From the NCBI GenBank assembly GCA_004347965.1, contig QNVF01000004.1:1-41433 (forward strand): a DNA stretch of 41,433 nt, in the 5' to 3' direction. The translations under genes were made by a program, and so were the position numbers. Source of the DNA: Candidatus Nezhaarchaeota archaeon WYZ-LMO8. Its GTDB lineage: Archaea > Thermoproteota > Methanomethylicia > Nezhaarchaeales > WYZ-LMO8. Below, one piece after another: positions 38,043 to 41,433 of the stretch. How positions within the stretch are numbered: the stretch's first letter is position 1; every line of letters starts with the position of its first letter. A model generated the notes under the pieces. That model saw only the letters and a program-made list of their open reading frames with translations. It ran no database searches and was not told the DNA's origin.

Positions 38043-39925
38043 TCGCTATGAGCCTTTCAGAGATAATGCTGATCATGGTGCTAGTGCCTGGTGTAGCTGG
38101 CTTCATAACTCTTGGTTTAAGTAAGGTTAGAGCTACTAGTGGAGCCATCGCCTCCATTGCCTGCTTGATCGCACTAATCATGAGCGGGGCCCTACTGTAT
38201 AAGCTAAATGTGGAGAACATAGTTCAACAGGTGATCTTGTGCCTAAGCGTTATCGGAATGAAATGGGAGCTCGAAGTTACAAGGCTCAATGCCCTTACTA
38301 CGTTCTTCATCGCATTGATTGGTTTTCTAATAGCACTATATTCCACTAGATACATTACTAGGTACGATGGTAAGGGCTACTACTTCACGCTAATACTTTG
38401 GAGCTTAAGTGCATCGATAATCGCCATGATGTCAATGAACTGGATATCGTTCTTAGTATTTTGGGAAGTCTGCACGTTAGCCTTATTCTTCTTAGTTAGA
38501 GCCGGGGGTAGTGAGGCTAAAGCACCTGCATATAGGGCGCTCCTCCTTCTGGCTTCATGCGACCTCTTAATGACTGTCGGGGTTGCCTTGGCCGTAGTTA
38601 AGACGCAAAGTCTTGAAATCTCAAGGCTCGCAGGCTTAGACCCACTTAGCGTGGGTTTGATATTCACGTTAATGATTCTAAGCGCCTTAGCTAAGGCAGG
38701 AGGTGTACCGGTTCATACATGGATCCCAGATATTGCTTCAAACTCTCCGGCGACCACACTAGCTCTATATCCAGCTGCCTACGATAAGCTGCTTGGGATA
38801 TTCAAGCTCTCAGTGATCTGCCACTACATTATAGCATTTACCCCTTCAATTAGCACGGTAGTCACCATTATAGGAATGATGACCATGCTCTTGGCTGTCC
38901 TCATGGCCATGGTTCAGCACGACATAAAGAAGCTGCTTAGCTTTCACGCTATTAGCCAAGTGGGCTACATGATAACCGGTATAGGCATCGGAACCTCACT
39001 AGCCATAGCCGGTGGTCTCTTCCACATGGTCAACAACGTGCTTTTTAAGAGCTGCCTATTCTTAACAGCTGGAGCAGTCTTCTACGTTACTGGTGCCAAA
39101 GAGGTTGAGAGGCTAGGTGGGCTGGCTAAGAAGATGCCCATCACCTTCGCGTGTGCTCTGATAGCGGCTCTCGCAATATCAGGAGTTCCACCGTTGAATG
39201 GCTTTGCTAGCAAGTGGATGATATACCAAGCTGCCTTTGAAGCAACGGAGATAAGTCCTGTCAACGCAGTCGCTGGTATAATCGCAGTTTTAACCAGCGC
39301 CCTAACCTTAGCTTCATTCATAAAGTATCTTCACAGCGTATTTCTAGGCCCCCTACCAAGAGGGTACGAAAACGTCGAGGAAGTACCATTAAGTATGAGA
39401 GTTCCGATGATTGTGTTGGCGGCTTTATGCATAGTCTTTGGGCTACTCCCACAAGTCCCCCTCACCTACATGATCATACCTGCTTTAAGTAACATACACG
39501 TTACGTACGGCTTGCCTACATCACTACCGCTAGAGTGGGTGTACTTAGCTCCATCAGCTTGGGCTACTTGGAGCCCAATAGTAGTCACGTTGATAGCCCT
39601 CTTAGCGCTAGCGCTTGGGTGGATTATCTACGTAACTGGTAAGAGGGTGCAGCCGTTTGTCTATAGGATTGAAGCCGTTAAGCCATTTGTCTCCGGTGAA
39701 GACCTAATTATCTATTATCATGGCGGGCACTTCTATGGACCAGTTAAGTTATCCTTAAAGAGGTTCTACTCAATAGCAGATAAGGGAGGATTCTCGATAG
39801 CGTGGAGATCTATTGCTAACATCTTTAAACCAGTCTTAAAGAGTCCTAGAAACGGGGTTTTCTTTATTTATGCCTTGTGGATCATCATGATAATTTTGGT
39901 GGCGATTATTGGTGGTGGTACATGA
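38039..39925 (+). CDS. Antiporter-like ion-translocating subunit (NuoL/HyfB/HycC/EchA family)
   Basis: FLVFWE, KAGGVPVHTWIPD, DIKKLLSFHAISQVGY, FKSCLFL.AG, GGLAKKMP, GVPPLNGFASKW. Confidence 0.92.
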   Translation: MIAMSLSEIMLIMVLVPGVAGFITLGLSKVRATSGAIASIACLIALIMSGALLYKLNVENIVQQVILCLSVIGMKWELEVTRLNALTTFFIALIGFLIALYSTRYITRYDGKGYYFTLILWSLSASIIAMMSMNWISFLVFWEVCTLALFFLVRAGGSEAKAPAYRALLLLASCDLLMTVGVALAVVKTQSLEISRLAGLDPLSVGLIFTLMILSALAKAGGVPVHTWIPDIASNSPATTLALYPAAYDKLLGIFKLSVICHYIIAFTPSISTVVTIIGMMTMLLAVLMAMVQHDIKKLLSFHAISQVGYMITGIGIGTSLAIAGGLFHMVNNVLFKSCLFLTAGAVFYVTGAKEVERLGGLAKKMPITFACALIAALAISGVPPLNGFASKWMIYQAAFEATEISPVNAVAGIIAVLTSALTLASFIKYLHSVFLGPLPRGYENVEEVPLSMRVPMIVLAALCIVFGLLPQVPLTYMIIPALSNIHVTYGLPTSLPLEWVYLAPSAWATWSPIVVTLIALLALALGWIIYVTGKRVQPFVYRIEAVKPFVSGEDLIIYYHGGHFYGPVKLSLKRFYSIADKGGFSIAWRSIANIFKPVLKSPRNGVFFIYALWIIMIILVAIIGGGT

Positions 39926-40491
39926 CCAAGCTGAAGGCTGTACTTGAAGGTTTTAGAGCCTTGATTAAGGGTCCCTTCACGGTAAGGTATCCCTTCGAGC
40001 CCTCTCCTCCGCCTGAAACTTTTAGAGGAGCTCCTAAACGAGATATCGAGAAGTGTACTGCATGCGGTGCATGCTACCAGAATTGCCCAACTAAAGCCAT
40101 TTCGATCCTCGACCTAGGCAAGGAGGTTGCTGTCGACGTTTGGTACGGTAAGTGCATCTTCTGTGCGAGGTGTACTGAGGTGTGCCCTGAAGAAGCAGTT
40201 AAGATGAGCTTGACCTATGACCTCAGCACCTACAACAAGGAGGAGGTTAGAGAAAGCGTCTCCATGCCCGCTCAAAGATGTCAAATATGTGGAAAGTTGA
40301 TAACAAGCGATAGGCAGGTAGACAAGGTTATTGATAGGGTTAAGATACTTCCGCTACCATTAAATTACCATATGATGGTGTCTCTATGCCCAGAATGCAA
40401 GAGGAAGCAGCAAGCTACACTTTTATTGGGATTAAGAGTGGAGAGAGTACCAGCAATAACCATTCCGGTGGCTGTCAGCGAAAAGAAGTAG
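39922..40491 (+). CDS. HycF/NuoI-like 2x[4Fe-4S] subunit of the hydrogenase
   Basis: GGTGGTGG RBS + ATG 39922; GPFTVRYPF...FRGAP, CTACGACYQNCP, CIFCARCTEVCP, RCQICG...LCPECKR. Confidence 0.9.
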   Translation: MTKLKAVLEGFRALIKGPFTVRYPFEPSPPPETFRGAPKRDIEKCTACGACYQNCPTKAISILDLGKEVAVDVWYGKCIFCARCTEVCPEEAVKMSLTYDLSTYNKEEVRESVSMPAQRCQICGKLITSDRQVDKVIDRVKILPLPLNYHMMVSLCPECKRKQQATLLLGLRVERVPAITIPVAVSEKK

Positions 40492-40653
40492 AAAGCTTTG
40501 AATTCATATGTTTTTAAACTAGCACCTTCCTCTTTGAGGAGAGTTAACGATTTAGCTTAGCTTCTTCCAAACTTTAACGTATTGACGTTTAAAATATAAG
40601 ACTACGACACGAAATGTAAAGAGGACAGGCTGATACTCGAAGGGCTATTCTCC

Positions 40654-41433
40654 ATGCGTGTTGGAAGGATTATCGATCTATGCATTAATAGAGGAGTTGA
40701 GTACGCTGATTGTACAAGCATTACTTACAAGAGACTGAAGGTTGATTACATTAATGGTCAGTCCGTAGTTAGTCAAAATTCAGGAGACATCTACATACTT
40801 AAAGTATTGTCGAGAGGTAGTTGGAGTGTGGGTGCGTTTACGAAGCTAAGCGATGAAGCTATCACATATGTACTGAAGAAAGCCGCTGCAAACACCGTTA
40901 AGAACATTAAACTAGCTCAGAGAAGACCTGCTCAAGGAGGTTACGTCATAGGGCAGAAGAAAGAGATATGTGAGGGTTGTGTACCTGACGTAGTTGATTT
41001 CTTGAAAAGCGTGGAGACAAGCCTTAGAGAGCAGTGTGAGAATTTGCAAAGCTTCGAAGGAGTTGTTGAAGGATTAGTTAAGACGAGAGCTATGATCTCA
41101 AGCGATGGAGTGAATGCTTACGAAGTCAAACCTTTAGTTGTTGGTTGTTTTATAGCTCGTGCGAAGAGTAGTGAGGTAGCAACAACCGAGGTCTTTGGAT
41201 CTGGTGGACTAGAAGTCCTTGAGAAAGTAAGCCCTCAAGAGCTTATTGAGGAGTTAGCGTATAAGCTAGATGCTACGTTGAAGTCTAAGGCGTTAAACCC
41301 ATACTATAGAGGATCGAGGTTCGAAGTGGTTCTATCACCGAAGGCGGCTTCTCACGTCATGCAAGTGATCGTTGAAGAGTTTTTAAATGCAAGAAGCTGG
41401 AGGTGGCATTTAAAGGATGGCTACAGTAACCTA
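40654..41433 (+). CDS. TldD/PmbA family protein, partial (runs off the window end; not in ORF track)
   Basis: Open frame from ATG 40654 to the end: RGVEYAD, KVLSRGSWS, ISSDG, GSGGLEVL, FEVVLSPKAAS. Confidence 0.7.
   Translation, partial: MRVGRIIDLCINRGVEYADCTSITYKRLKVDYINGQSVVSQNSGDIYILKVLSRGSWSVGAFTKLSDEAITYVLKKAAANTVKNIKLAQRRPAQGGYVIGQKKEICEGCVPDVVDFLKSVETSLREQCENLQSFEGVVEGLVKTRAMISSDGVNAYEVKPLVVGCFIARAKSSEVATTEVFGSGGLEVLEKVSPQELIEELAYKLDATLKSKALNPYYRGSRFEVVLSPKAASHVMQVIVEEFLNARSWRWHLKDGYSNL

Noticed and set aside
544..39321. Numerous 60-210 aa antisense/overlapping ORFs in the track (e.g. 11466-12107, 23982-24593, 26194-26658, 29052-29543)
   Set aside because: Shadow frames of well-supported genes, Ser/Thr/Pro-rich and without motifs
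1..41433. CRISPR array, tRNA/rRNA, transposase or integrase
   Set aside because: No regularly spaced repeats, cloverleaf/T-loop signatures or recombinase motifs recognised by eye; tRNAscan/Infernal would be needed to exclude small RNAs

Overview
Archaeal, thermophilic (reverse gyrase) and anaerobic chromosome segment. Gene content and style suggest a Thermoproteota lineage with H4MPT/methanofuran C1 metabolism, e.g. Nezhaarchaeales/Methanomethylicia-like; this is inference, not verified. (1) 1-10 kb: loosely packed accessory genes (cyclase/kynurenine formamidase, flavodiiron FprA, secreted metzincin, clan-AA-like protease, ICMT-like membrane protein, surface-anchored LpqC/PHB-depolymerase-type esterase, acyl-CoA dehydrogenase, small wHTH). 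(2) 10-17 kb: a four-component corrinoid methyltransferase cluster resembling Mto O-demethylase systems (UroD-fold MT, corrinoid protein, RACE/ASKHA activator, MtrH-like MT), plus a probable cobalamin uptake pair. (3) 17-26.7 kb: mfnD, CBS protein, beta-CASP RNase, then mfnA-mptD-rgy-dmrX. (4) 26.85-40.5 kb: a 13-gene operon that interleaves HdrCBA-MvhD with a full formate-hydrogenlyase-like set (HycB-like, two HycF-like, FdhF-like and a group 4 [NiFe]-hydrogenase). Most striking are a 'nested' 1085-aa HdrA, in which a complete second HdrA core is inserted inside the Rossmann beta-alpha-beta of the first and marked by an exact 38-bp repeat, and an FdhF-like subunit whose Cys/Sec ligand and catalytic Arg are both replaced by Thr. 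A TldD/PmbA-family gene runs off the right end. No tRNA, rRNA, CRISPR array or transposase was recognised. All calls are motif recognition by eye; no searches were run.
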